Of a stretch of 64,000 nucleotides of DNA, positions 35,588 to 47,028 are shown in pieces. The notes beneath the pieces are model-generated. The model saw only the letters and a program-made list of their open reading frames with translations, was not told where the DNA came from and searched no databases. The stretch covers positions 744,001-808,000 of the forward strand of contig MU008162.1 of NCBI GenBank assembly GCA_010909165.1. The letters run 5' to 3'. The translations under genes and the position numbers were made by a program. The number at the start of each line of letters is the position of its first letter. Positions within the stretch are counted from its first letter, which is position 1. The stretch comes from Anthoceros angustus. Taxonomy: Eukaryota; Plantae; Anthocerotophyta.

Positions 35588-35880
35588 TCGCCCAATTCAG
35601 GCCAACCGCTCAAAATAAGGGCTGCCAATCGCCAACATAATCTCTACCTATCGCCCAACATGATGTCTATCAATCGCCCGACGTAATCTTTATCAATCGC
35701 CCAACATATTCTCTATCAGTCGCCCGACACAAATACAATCTCTATCAACCGCCCAACATCAGCGGTGTCAATCGCCCTCACCATGAGCATGAGCAGCGCC
35801 AATCGCCCAACACAATCGCTGCTATCGCCCAACACAATCGCTGCAATCGCCCAACACAATCGCTGCAATCGCCCAACAAA
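35588..35880. repeat. Minisatellite, ~21-24 bp units with core ATCGCCCAACA
   Basis: About a dozen core copies. The older units are degenerate, and the last ones are near-identical 21-mers (ATCGCCCAACACAATCGCTGC). Confidence 0.85.
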
Positions 35881-36065
35881 GTTATGGCCTATAAGACCTG
35901 GTGATGTCCCTTGGCAAGCGCCGAACGGGAAGTCGTTGAAATTCGGTGTCGAGGTTGCGGGATCTGGTGGAGCGGAAATGGATATGGGCCCAAGCATTTG
36001 CGCAGCAGGCGCAGCGGACTCGGTTTTGCTGTTCTCCACGGGGTCAGTCTATCCTTGTGCTGATC

Positions 36066-38432
36066 ATGCGCTTTGCTCGTCATTCGCACAGGGCAACCCG
36101 TCCAAGAGGCTGTGTGGTTGCGGAGCATGGCCGCCAGGAGCTCTTGTTGCGGCAAAGTTTTCTGGATGTGAAAGAAGGCAGGCTTGTAGGATATCAAAGG
36201 GGCACCACGGCTGAAACCGTGAGCCAGCTATGCGAGCAAGGGCAGCTCGTTGAGGCAGTGGAGGCGCTGGGAATTCTGGTGCAGACAGGGTGTTGCACTT
36301 CCCGGTCTCTCTTCTTTACAGTCCTTCAAAAATGCGTGGTTGCCAGGGATCTGGCTCTGGGCCGCCGGGTCCATGCTCTGGCTGTGAGAAAGGGGTTCGA
36401 GTCGGATACGTTCCTGTGCAATCACGTGATGCGAATGTACGCTTCCCATGCCAGGTTGAAAGACGCGATGGATGTGTTTGCGGCGGTTGACACAGCTGAT
36501 GCCTTCACATGGTCAGGGATAATCTCTGCGCATGTGAGGCAGGGACGGGATCAGGAGGCCGTCGAGCTGTATCGTCGGATGCGGAGGTCCGGTGTGGAGC
36601 CTGATGGCCATGTTTTTGTGGCAGCCCTTCAGGCCTGTGCAAGGGGAGCAGACTTGGGTACTGGGCAGCAGGTGCATGCTGATGTTTTGGGTAGCGGGGT
36701 TGAGCCTGATGCCTTTGTTTTCAACGCGCTGGTGGATATGTATGCGAAATGTGGCAGCTTGGAGGATGCTCGGAGGGTGTTTGATGGACTTGGACAGAAG
36801 GATGTGGTCGCGTGGTCAGCTCTGATAGCAGGATATGCCCAGCATGGTATGGGTCTTGAGGCCCTGCGGCTGTACACTGCCATGGAGGAAGAAGGCATGG
36901 TTGTAGCAAATTCTGTGACTTTTGTGTCTCTCCTGCAAGCATGTGCAAGTGTGGGGGCCCCAGGTTTAGAGAACGGGAAACAGCTTCATGCACAGATGAG
37001 AGAACGAGGGATCAAGGTTGATGTCGTTGTAGGTTCGTGTTTGGTGAATATGTATGTAAAGTGTGGCAGCCTGGAGGATGCTCAGCTGGTGTTTGATGGA
37101 CTTGGTGAAAAGAATGTGGTTACGTGGACTGCTTTGGTAGCAGGATATGCGAGAAGTGGCAGCTTGGAAGAAGCTCGAAGAATGTTCGACAGGCTTCCTC
37201 AGAAGGATGGGGTGATGTGGAATGCCATGATTGCAGGATATTCCCAAGAGGGCATGGGGCAGGAAGCTCTGCATTTATATAAGGCTATGGTAGAAGAAGG
37301 TGTGTCCGTACCTGATTCTGTGACATTTGTTTGCGTCTTGCAGGCGTGTGCAAGTGTTGGGCACCTGGCATTGGAGATAGGGAAGCAGCTGCATGCACAA
37401 ATCCGAGAACGCGGGCTCCAGGCTGATGTAGTTGTAGGAGGGAGCCTGGTAAACATGTACGCAAAGTGTGGAAGCCTAGAGGATGCGCAGGACTTGTTTG
37501 ACGGACTCTATGAAAAGGATGTTGTGACATGGACTGCCCTGATAGCAGGATATTCCCAGCAGGGCATGGGTCAGAGAGCTCTTCGTCTATACAGTGCAAT
37601 GGGAGAAGAAGACATTGTCCCGCCTGATTCAGTGACATTTGTGTGCCTCTTGCAGGCATGTGCTAGTATGGCAGCTTTGGATGTGGGAAGGCAGCTTCAT
37701 GCACAGATCGAAGATCAAGGGCTTCAAGCGGATGCGACTCTAGGGAAAAGTTTGATAGACATGTACTCAAAGTCGGGGAGCATGGTTGACGCACAGCAGG
37801 TGTTTGATGTGTTGCAAGAAAGAGATGCAAGTGCCTGGAGGGCTCTGATTGCAGGATACACCCGTCAAGGAGACAGTGAAAAGGTCTTTGCCCTGCTGCA
37901 CAGAATGAGAGAGGATGGCATTCAACCAGACAGCATCACATTCCTTAGTGTGCTAACAGTATGCAGTCATAAGGGCCTTGTGAACAAGGGCCACGAGTAC
38001 TTCGAGGTTATGAGCAAACACTACGGCATCGCTCCCATGGTGGAGCACTACACGTGCATGGTGGCTCTCCTCGGCGGTGTGGGCCATCTGGACGAGGCAC
38101 TAGCTGTGGTAAGGACAATGCCTGTACTGCCGAATGCTGCAATTTGGCACACTTTATTGGGTGTTTGTCGGAAGTGGAGCAACGTGGAGGTGGGACGCCA
38201 TGCTTTTGCTGAAGCAGTGAAGCTAGACAAGAAAGATGCCGCAGCGTATGTCCTGATGTCAAACATATACACAGGAGCCCAGATTTGGGAGCAGGCGGAG
38301 CAGATGCAAGCGAGGAGAATAGGAATCAGGGCATGGAAGCAACCAGGGCAGAGCTGGTGGACAGACGTTGATGGATTGGTGCATAGCTTCTTGGTTGGGG
38401 ATACGAAGCATCTCGATACGGGAGCGATGTAA
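36066..38432 (+). CDS. PLS-class pentatricopeptide repeat protein with E1/E2 and a WW-type PG box; DYW domain truncated
   Basis: Repeated P-L-S motifs (NALVDMYAKCGSLEDARRVFD, VTWTALIAGY), EHYTCMV..LG..GHLDEA, AAAYVLMSNIY and WKQPGQSWWTD..VHSF.VGD, then a stop. First in-frame ATG at 36066. Confidence 0.93.
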   Translation: MRFARHSHRATRPRGCVVAEHGRQELLLRQSFLDVKEGRLVGYQRGTTAETVSQLCEQGQLVEAVEALGILVQTGCCTSRSLFFTVLQKCVVARDLALGRRVHALAVRKGFESDTFLCNHVMRMYASHARLKDAMDVFAAVDTADAFTWSGIISAHVRQGRDQEAVELYRRMRRSGVEPDGHVFVAALQACARGADLGTGQQVHADVLGSGVEPDAFVFNALVDMYAKCGSLEDARRVFDGLGQKDVVAWSALIAGYAQHGMGLEALRLYTAMEEEGMVVANSVTFVSLLQACASVGAPGLENGKQLHAQMRERGIKVDVVVGSCLVNMYVKCGSLEDAQLVFDGLGEKNVVTWTALVAGYARSGSLEEARRMFDRLPQKDGVMWNAMIAGYSQEGMGQEALHLYKAMVEEGVSVPDSVTFVCVLQACASVGHLALEIGKQLHAQIRERGLQADVVVGGSLVNMYAKCGSLEDAQDLFDGLYEKDVVTWTALIAGYSQQGMGQRALRLYSAMGEEDIVPPDSVTFVCLLQACASMAALDVGRQLHAQIEDQGLQADATLGKSLIDMYSKSGSMVDAQQVFDVLQERDASAWRALIAGYTRQGDSEKVFALLHRMREDGIQPDSITFLSVLTVCSHKGLVNKGHEYFEVMSKHYGIAPMVEHYTCMVALLGGVGHLDEALAVVRTMPVLPNAAIWHTLLGVCRKWSNVEVGRHAFAEAVKLDKKDAAAYVLMSNIYTGAQIWEQAEQMQARRIGIRAWKQPGQSWWTDVDGLVHSFLVGDTKHLDTGAM

Positions 38433-38710
38433 GCCAGCGTGGAACAGCTTTCTTCAGAAACGAAAAACGAAGAATGTATGCCACATTTGGGCTCGTAAGC
38501 ATCTGACGGTGGAAAGGAACCTAATTTTTCTGAGCACAGGGAGAAGAAGCTAGCTGTCACATATGCCCTCTGAACCGGACATTCTTCGTGAAAAATCTGT
38601 GGGTTCGGGACTCTCGCACTGCCACAGTTTAAGTATAGACGATGCAGAAGTGCAGAAACAAACTTTTAACCTGCAGGGATTCAAGCCTGCTGCATGTCTA
38701 GAAGGCAAGA
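38433..38710 (+). pseudogene. Decayed DYW deaminase coding relic behind the PPR stop codon
   Basis: Read-through gives EHREKKLAVTYAL (compare HSEKLAxAFGL) at ~38532 and, in a shifted frame, VKNLWVRDSRTAT (compare KNLRxCxDCHxA) at ~38588. Confidence 0.65.
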
Positions 38711-38827
38711 TGACAAACCTATCAATGCTCAAGAGTCCGGCGTTGCAGAAACGTACTAGTGAATATCAACTAGAAGGCGGGATGACAAACCTATCAATGC
38801 ACGCGTTGCAGAAACGTACTAGTGAAT
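38698..38827. repeat. Imperfect ~60-70 bp direct repeat, 2 copies
   Basis: CTAGAAGGC..GATGACAAACCTATCAATGC...GCGTTGCAGAAACGTACTAGTGAAT at 38698 and 38770. Confidence 0.85.
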
Positions 38828-39394
38828 TGACAAAACGTTTCCGGAACTACGAATCGAAACGTGTGGTTCACACCAAAAGCCCGCTCTATGAAGCCCAGCT
38901 TGCGAAGTGCGTAGATCTTGCTGACTGCAGATCCTTCGCATGCCTGACCGAGACCCCGAGTATTCTGGCCGAATTGCCAGGATTTTTCAAAGTGGTGGAG
39001 TTACCTATGAAGTTGATGTTCAGGCACTAATTGGAAGATTTCTGCTCCCGACCAAACAAGAGTTGGAGTCCCGCTCTTTGCAGGGCTGCGGGCTGTACGC
39101 GCAATCCTTGAGGGGAGGAGTTTTGTGCTGCGGGGAACAGAGTTGCGAGAGTGAAAGTTTGTTGATGCTCACGGTTTCGATTTGCCTTTGAGGACGTTGT
39201 TTCGTTTGGTGTGTTGTGGTATGGTATGGTGTGGATCGGGGGAACGAGGGATTTGCGGATGAGGCGATCGCCTGGTGGGGGTGGAGGGATTGAAGGGAAT
39301 CTCGGTGCGGTATGCCATTCATCGTAACTCTGTTACAGATCGGACCTTAGAGAGTTTCCCGTGTACTTGTGTCTGTGCTCCTTCGCACCGACAG

Positions 39395-40777
39395 ATGAAT
39401 CAAGAGCTGGTGATGGCCAGCAGACGGAAGATCGAGGAGATCCGGCATAAAAAAGCTGCCAGTGCCGGAACTGCAAGCGCGGTCTTGGCATCCGTGCTCG
39501 GGGATCGAGACTTTGCATCGGCTGTTCGAGCTCCGGATTCCAGTGCAGGGGATCTGCAGAGGTTCGATGAGATGGAGCAGGAGATTGTTTCGCTTAGGTT
39601 GTCACTGGAGAGCATGACGATGGAGAGAGATGCAGCCGTTGTTGCTCGGGAGGATTTGAATGCGCAGATTAGGGTTTTGAGGAGAAGGCTCCAGGATGCG
39701 GAGGAGGAGCAGTACAGAGCGGAGGAGGACGCTGCTGCACTGAAGAAGGAGCTGGAGTTGTTGCAGCATGTTGAGCAGCCGTTTGTGCAGAGCTCCGGCT
39801 TGTCTCCGGATGCTGAAAGATTGAAAAGTGCGGAACAGGAGATCGATGCTTTGAGGTTTGAGTTGCAAGGTCTTGTACAGCAGATGCGGCAGGAGCAGCA
39901 GAAGACTGCCGCGCTGTACGAGCAGTTTGAGTCGGTTACGGCCGAGAAGTGTGAGCTCCAGAACGCTCTGGCGGCTGCGGGGTCGGACAAAAGCAGACTT
40001 GAGGCAGCATTGGCAGCGACTGTAGGTTCTGAGAACGGAATGCTGAAAGAAGCTTTGACAGCAGCTACAGCAGAGAAGGCTGAATTGCAGAAGGCTCTGG
40101 CAGCTGCTCTTGCCTCACCAGCAAACCTAGGACATGATTTCGACTCCTCCACAGCTACGTCCAGCCGACGAGCAGGATCGTCCATTGACCGTGGGTTAAG
40201 TTATGTCACTGATAGAAGCAGGCCTGAAGAGCAGGTCCACCAGTTGCAGTATCTGTTGGAGAAGCAGGAAAGGGGCCAACAGAAGCTTCTGAACGAAATC
40301 GATTTGCAGTCCTTGGACATTGAAAGGCTGTTCGCTGAGAATTATAGCCTCTCAACAAGCCTGAAGGAGACCTCGGATCTCGCTGCCAAGTGGGAGGGCC
40401 AGCTCAAGGAGAGCTTGAAGAAGAATGCTGAACTACGGTTCAAGGTATCTGAGCTCCAGACGTTGCAGTCGCTCCAGTCGTCGCAGAGGACCTCACCGGA
40501 CTTCAGCAAGGATGAACAACCACCACCACCAGAGAATCTTCAACAAGACGAAACTCTTGAGCCTCTCGGAAGTGAGAATGTAGGGTTGAAAAAGGATTTG
40601 GTTCGCGTCACTGCCAAATCCGAGGAGCTACAGTCCCAGCTAGAGCAGATGTCAGTGGATCTTAGTCACGCTCTGCATGTGCTAGATAACTTGACCAGGG
40701 CTTATCAGCCTGCACTGTTGAACATAGAGAGCAGGCTTGCGGGATTGCACCAGGACTTCAAGCGCTCTATCTACTAG
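39395..40777 (+). CDS. Coiled-coil protein resembling plant 'myosin heavy chain-related' proteins, single coding exon
   Basis: Long heptad-rich ORF with AEEEQYRAEEDAAALKKEL and QKLLNEIDLQSLDIERLF.EN. The ATG at 39395 follows a pyrimidine tract and ACAG, a likely 5'UTR intron acceptor. Confidence 0.8.
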   Translation: MNQELVMASRRKIEEIRHKKAASAGTASAVLASVLGDRDFASAVRAPDSSAGDLQRFDEMEQEIVSLRLSLESMTMERDAAVVAREDLNAQIRVLRRRLQDAEEEQYRAEEDAAALKKELELLQHVEQPFVQSSGLSPDAERLKSAEQEIDALRFELQGLVQQMRQEQQKTAALYEQFESVTAEKCELQNALAAAGSDKSRLEAALAATVGSENGMLKEALTAATAEKAELQKALAAALASPANLGHDFDSSTATSSRRAGSSIDRGLSYVTDRSRPEEQVHQLQYLLEKQERGQQKLLNEIDLQSLDIERLFAENYSLSTSLKETSDLAAKWEGQLKESLKKNAELRFKVSELQTLQSLQSSQRTSPDFSKDEQPPPPENLQQDETLEPLGSENVGLKKDLVRVTAKSEELQSQLEQMSVDLSHALHVLDNLTRAYQPALLNIESRLAGLHQDFKRSIY

Positions 40778-41147
40778 CTACTTTTGTTCATCAGCACCTT
40801 TGGGACCACGTCGGTCTTGTTCTGAAGAGCTGTGATTCGGCTCACCAAGCTCACCAAGCTCATCGAGCTCACCAACCTCATCGAGCTATCTCAATGTCTC
40901 ATTCGTCACCCGATTCAACTTTATCTCCAGCTTTCAGCAAAATAGATTGAACTGCACTTTATTTGAGCACTTGAGACAGTGGACACCATTGAGAAAGAGC
41001 AGGGGATAGCTTGGCCCCCTCATAAGTAACTTAGCTCATGGTGAAGCTGTTGTTGTGCCATCGGAGATGAAGTCTCTTCTCACACCCTGCCCAAGGGCCG
41101 TTTCAATATCACCCTTATGTGCCTTGCGTGTTGTAAGGGTGTATTTT

Positions 41148-41225
41148 GTATCACAATTATATCGGATCACCTGTTGATACTCGTAAGTATCACAATTATA
41201 TCGGACCACATGTTGATACTCGTAA
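41148..41225. repeat. 39-bp direct tandem repeat, 2 copies, at the left edge of the large array
   Basis: GTATCACAATTATATCGGA(T/C)CAC(C/A)TGTTGATACTCGTAA at 41148 and 41187. Confidence 0.9.
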
Positions 41226-42678
41226 GTGTTCAAAATGATATCGTACTTTGAAATATCGATCTTTCCTTCGCAGGATCAGCTCCCATGATGGCGTCTCTCA
41301 AGGCTGACTTAACTTTTACCGGGGCTTAGGGCTGACTAACGTTTATCAAGGGATTAGGTCTTTCGTGCAAATGTGATGGTAACAAACCCTACCGATATAG
41401 TTTGCAACGTGTCATCATTAACCCTGGGTTGGGTGGCGACGGATGGGCGACTCCCAAGGTCCACAAGTACACCCCATGCAAGAAGGTCATGCTTACATGC
41501 CCTCGCTAGTGAGACTCATGGGGCCATGGGTAAAAGGTTTTGAGGCTCATTAAATGTTGTGCTAAAGCCTACCATAGCTAAAAGAATGCGGTAGGTCTCC
41601 CCTTTCCTATGTGGTAGCCTTCTTGCAATAGTGTGCATCCATCGCCAGAAAGGGTAACTTGGCAAACGCTATTTACAAGACGACGTTGAATTCAAGAGGC
41701 GTTGCATCTTGACTCCGGTGGTAAGTGGGCTCTTCCCTATGCGACTACAACATCTTGTGTGGCGGCAAGGGTGGACAATCCGGGAGCTAGTCCCCTTGGC
41801 ACAGGGCACTTTATTGGGTTGGTCCCCACCACCATATTGTAGATGGGACTTTCCATCTCTACAAATTTTATGAAGTCTCCATTCTTATAAAGTCTCCAAA
41901 TTCACTAAAATTATATGGTAAAATGTTATAACGTGCTACAACTTTGTTACTTTATCTTAGTATCTAGCATATGGAGAGTAGGATAAACATACCAAACCTA
42001 AAGACTATAAATGGTCAATAACAATCAATAAAAGATTAGAATGGACTCGATTCTTATTATCTTGATTTTTCTCAAACAATCGGTCAAGCTATTTTGGTTT
42101 AGTGGCCTCGGTTCGAAAGTGCAGCACCACGTGTACCGAAAAGCTTGGCGTTGACCATAGAACTCTAGCCCTTTCGCCGACACGGGTTTTATAAGAGCCT
42201 CTTCAATCGAAACCCTTTGGTGGGTACTACGACCATCGTTACCTTGGCATGATGGCTGCTATTTCGGAAGGTATCTAGATTGGGACTTATTTTATATATA
42301 GCACATCGAGTGTAGAGATATATATGCCAAGCTCAAGGGCTATATATGTGGTGCCCCATGCATCAAATTTATAAGCGAGGCAATTATACCAAGTTGAGAG
42401 GTACCGAGATGGACCAAGGATTGTACTAAGTGTACATCAATATGCTATCTTATTTGCTAGTATAGATCTAGTAATGTTTGTTGCTCATAGGAATAGCGAC
42501 CACGTGGTATCAAAGCTTTGACACGTTTGCAAGTAGTACCTTCACAGTTGTCTATCCTCAACTTCTTATAAACTTACTCAAAGCGCTTCTTGTGAACTTA
42601 CAATTAACAATTAATTCGTGTTGATCTAGCAAGGCTACATGGAAAGGTTGGACGTGGATCAAATGTGAGGATGATACT

Positions 42679-44276
42679 ATGTCTCATAATGATATCCAAG
42701 TTGGTGGGGATGACATTGACAACTTCTTAGATGCATACGGCCTCCCTACGTTCGTGGGAGACTTCAAAAGCGTCTTGGATCACAAGGTGAGGCTCACCTG
42801 CAACATGGCGTGGGAGGTTGGCAACCCGCACGTACAGCAACGCGGCGATCTCTTGTGGATGGAGAAGGCAAATGTAAGGATTGGAGAAAGAAATTGTACC
42901 GAGTGTGATTCTCAATCAGAGGAGCCGCACTTTTTGATTCACGTTCTACAAGGCAACCTGGTAAAGCGGCCCCTAGATGGAGCGGAAACCATGGATCCGT
43001 CGTTGTGGAGCACTTTGCCGGAAGACCTGTTGAAGAGAAGTTTGTCCATGCTTCCGGCCACCAGTAGGGTGTGCTTAGCTAGTGTACAGAAGTCATGGAG
43101 GGACCTCCTCTTAGGCCGCGACTTTAAGCGCTTGCAGAAATGGGTCGACGCACCACCAGTTGTTGAGTCAGCACTGCCGATTTGCGTTGTGGAGTTCATG
43201 CCTGGTAGATTGGCACGATGCAGGCGTAGGCCCTCAGACATTGCGTGCCAGGCTAAGGCACAAGGGCTTGAGGTTCGGAGGCAAGGAATCTTGGCGGAAA
43301 TGGGTTACCTCCTTGGGACAATTGTTTTGTGCAGCGAGGATTACTATGCTTCTATCACAACGAGCCTATAGACACCATTGCCGATATCTATGTTGCTAAC
43401 CTCTAGCCCAAACTTGGTCATGTTTGCCGAGAATGCTCCCCGAGAGACATAGCTTTAACAAGCGCACATTCGAGAAAGCGCAGCTTGAATCACTTGAAGA
43501 CGGGTATTTCCGGTTCACGATTGTGAGTTATAACATAAGAGAATACCCGGGAGTATCAGCTACCATCTACTCAAGTTCTACGGGCGCTTGGAGAACGGTG
43601 GTTCTCGAGGAGGCGTACTGGATTTGGAGTTTTGGTTTCAAAGCTTGCAAGCGGAACTGAATTCATGGATTGTGCTATATGGCCACAATATGTTATCGCC
43701 AAGAGAAACTATATGTTGCCACATGTATGCACCACATTCTCCGATTATGATGATATTGTCATCTCGTCTACAACTTGGAAAATGGAGCGCAATTACAAAT
43801 TCAAGAACCAAGATCGATGGTTTAAAGGAGATGATACTTTTGTACTTGCACATCGTCCGTGGTACTTGGTTAGCATAATGGAGTATCGTGGGAGAGTGTT
43901 GTGTGCCGATTGGAGGATGAGTCGTGATGACCTTGAATACGGATTTGGGAGTTGGATTTGGATAGTCTTACTTGGCACAAACTCTCCAAAGATTCGTAAA
44001 CAAGCATTGACGGAGGCCGATCTTCAAGAACCAAATGCGGAGTTATATGTTCTCATGGAAGACAGTTCCATGCATTTTTGGAGAAGGCGATGGTGGATAA
44101 CATTTGCCTCACCCTTGGGGTTAGGGACGTACCTACCATCACCCACACCACACCCACTTAATTGCTTATAATATCACAACCAATTCGTGGTCCGTTGTGT
44201 TGAGTGACTTGGTCCGTGACCACTTGAATGCCCGTACCATATTTTCTCTCCCAATTTTCAAAATCTTGGCTTGTGA
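42679..44276 (+). pseudogene. F-box protein gene, copy 1 (apparently frameshifted)
   Basis: MDPSLWSTLPEDLLKRSLSMLP...ASVQKSWRDLL at 42991. Downstream YVANPL..TW..LP, IYSSSTGAWR and IAYNITTNSW are typical of plant F-box C-terminal propellers. Ends FSPNFQNLGL*. Confidence 0.8.
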
Positions 44277-47028
44277 AGATGTGGTATGATTTTTAGAAAT
44301 AAAATGATTATTTCTTAATTGTTATCCTCCACATCGATTAAATCACAAACACTCTTGTTAACCCTAGGCGATGAAATGTCCCAAATTGGAACATTCTTAC
44401 GGTCTTGAGCGCTTTACAAACAATTAATTATTCAAGAATTGAAAAGAATATTTTCTTTCTTTTTACAAGGTGTTGTTCAACATTGGGCGCTCCCTCCTCC
44501 CATGCTTTTATCACAAAAACTTATGCGAAATGGGCGAAGAATCAAGAGAGATGCATGGGAAATGTCATTGCCACTTCTCGAGCCCCATCAAGGCATGTAA
44601 CCAGCTCGGCCAAACTAAGTCAACTGCCATGACAATAACTCTACACCACACTACGTTCGACAAGCAAGCTCGGCAGGCTAGAGTCGCAGTGACAACTAAT
44701 TGCGAGGGCCACGACTAGGAGATTGGGCACATGCCGGTCCTCTTGTTTGGAGGCGTCGACAATTCTTTCCCAGTCGAGTTTGGGACACTTCTCTCTATTT
44801 GTGGAACACATCGTTCAACTCTACAAAGTGTGGCGAATGAAAGAATATGCTCATAGAGTTTTTGACGGGCTTGGTCAAAAGATGTGATCAAAAGTTTTTG
44901 ATGAGCGTCATCTTCGTTAGCTCGGCTCAAGAGTTGGGTTAAGTATGATCACCATAGCTTTTATATTTGTTGTTGGAATGAATCTTCTCCTAGCTCGTTG
45001 GATAAGATTAGTATGGAGAACCTTGGACATAATTTTATAATTTAAAACAAAATACAAAATATTTAATTTCCAAGTATTTGTTTTTTTGTCCGGAATGGTT
45101 GCCCTGGTTGAACTCGGAATGGTCGGGTTGTTTTCGAAATTGTCCCAAAGCGAATTATCATCTTCTTTATGATCCACTTCTACACGTGAAAACCACTTCC
45201 AAGGACGCCGTAGCATTAGCCCAATGTTTTCTCACAATGATAGCAATCTCCTTCCGTCCACCCAAAAGGCTTCCCACCAATTGTACTCTTTAGCGTCACC
45301 TATGGACGCAAATCTTTAACCCTTCCTACAAATGGGCCACACCTTGAGTCGGTGATAGGATACCCGCTCCTTCTTGTCCCCCCTAGCTTCACTGCATGCA
45401 GTAGGCGGTGCTAAGGAGGACGCCCGACCCGGCCGGCGCCTTCATAGCACCACCGTCGGTGCATGCGGAAACTAGGGAGGCTGGCAGGCGCCCTCCCCTA
45501 GCACACCGCCTATGGGCGGCCGTCGGCGTCACAAGTAAGTATCACAATTATATCGGACCACATGTTGATACTGTAAGTGTTCAAAATGATATATATGCTG
45601 AAATATCGATCTTTCCTTCGCAGGATCGGCTCCCATGATGGCTCTCAAGGTGACTTAACTTTTACTGTGGGCTTGGTGACTAACGTTTATCAAGGATTAG
45701 GTCTTTCGTGCAAATGTGATGGTAACAAACCCTACAGGATATAGTTTGCAAACGTGTCATCATTAACCATGGGTTGGGTGGCGACGGATGGGCGACTCCC
45801 AAGGTCACAAGTACACCCCATGCAAGAAGGTCATGCTACATGCCTCGCTAGTGAGACTCATGGGGCCATGGGTAAAAGGTTTTGAGGCTCATTAAATGTT
45901 GTGCTAAAGCCTACCATAGCTAAAAGAATGCGGTAGGTCTCCCCTTCCTATGTGGTAGCCTTCTTGCAATAGTGTGCATCCATCGCCCAGAAAGGGTAAC
46001 TTGGCAAACGCTATTTACAAGACGACGTTGAATTCAAGAGACGTTGCATCTTCACCGGTGGTAAGTGGGCTCTTCCTATACGACTACAACATCTTGTGTA
46101 TGTAGGCAAAGGGTGGACAATCCGGGAGCTAGTCCCCTTGGCACAGGGCACTTTATTGGGTTGGTCCTCACCACCATATTGTAGATGGGACTTTCCATCT
46201 CTACAAATTTTATGAAGTCTCCATTCTTATAAAGTCTCCAAATTCACTAAAATTATATGGTAAATGTTATAACGTACACGCAACTTTGTTACTTTATCTT
46301 AGTATCTAGCATATGGAGAGTAGGATAAACATACCAAACCTAAAGACTATAAATGGTCAATAACAACAATCAATAAAAGATTAGAATGGACTCGATTCTT
46401 ATTATCTTGATTTTTCTCAAACAATCGGTCAAGCTATTTTGGTTTAGTGGCTTGCTCGAGGAGTGCAGCACCCACGGTACCGAAAAGCGCTGACCATAGA
46501 ACTCTAGCCCTTTCTCGCCGACAGTTTTATAAGAGCCTCTTCAATCGAAACCCTTTGGTGGGTACTACGACCATCGTTACCTTGGCATGATGGTGCTATT
46601 TCGGAAAGGTATCTAGATTGGGACTTATTTTATATATAGCACATCGAGTGTAGAGATATATATGCCAAGCTCAAGGGCTATATATGTGGTGCCCATGCAT
46701 CAAATTTATAACTCGAGGCAATTATACCAAGTTGAGAGGTACCGAGATGGACCAAGGATTGTACTAAGTGTACATCAATATGCTATCTTCGCTGCTAGTA
46801 TAGATCTAGTAACAGTGTTTGTTGCTCATAGGAATAGCACTGACCACGTGGTATCAAAGCTTTGACACGTTTGCAAGTAGTACCTTCACAGGTTGTCTAT
46901 CCCTCAACTTCTTATAAACTTACTCAAACTGCTTCTTGTGAACTTACAATTAACAATTAATTCGTGTTGATCTAGCAAGGCTACATGGAAAGGTTGGACG
47001 TGGATCCGTTAAACAGGAGGATGATACT

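Noticed and set aside
35588-35880. Possible CRISPR-like array (also considered for 29967-30187 and 41148-41225)
   Set aside because: Cores are too short or the spacers are homologous, there are no cas genes, and the context is eukaryotic nuclear DNA.
38563-39030. 155-aa ORF after the PPR gene
   Set aside because: Overlaps the DYW relic in a different frame plus a local direct repeat, with no domain signal.
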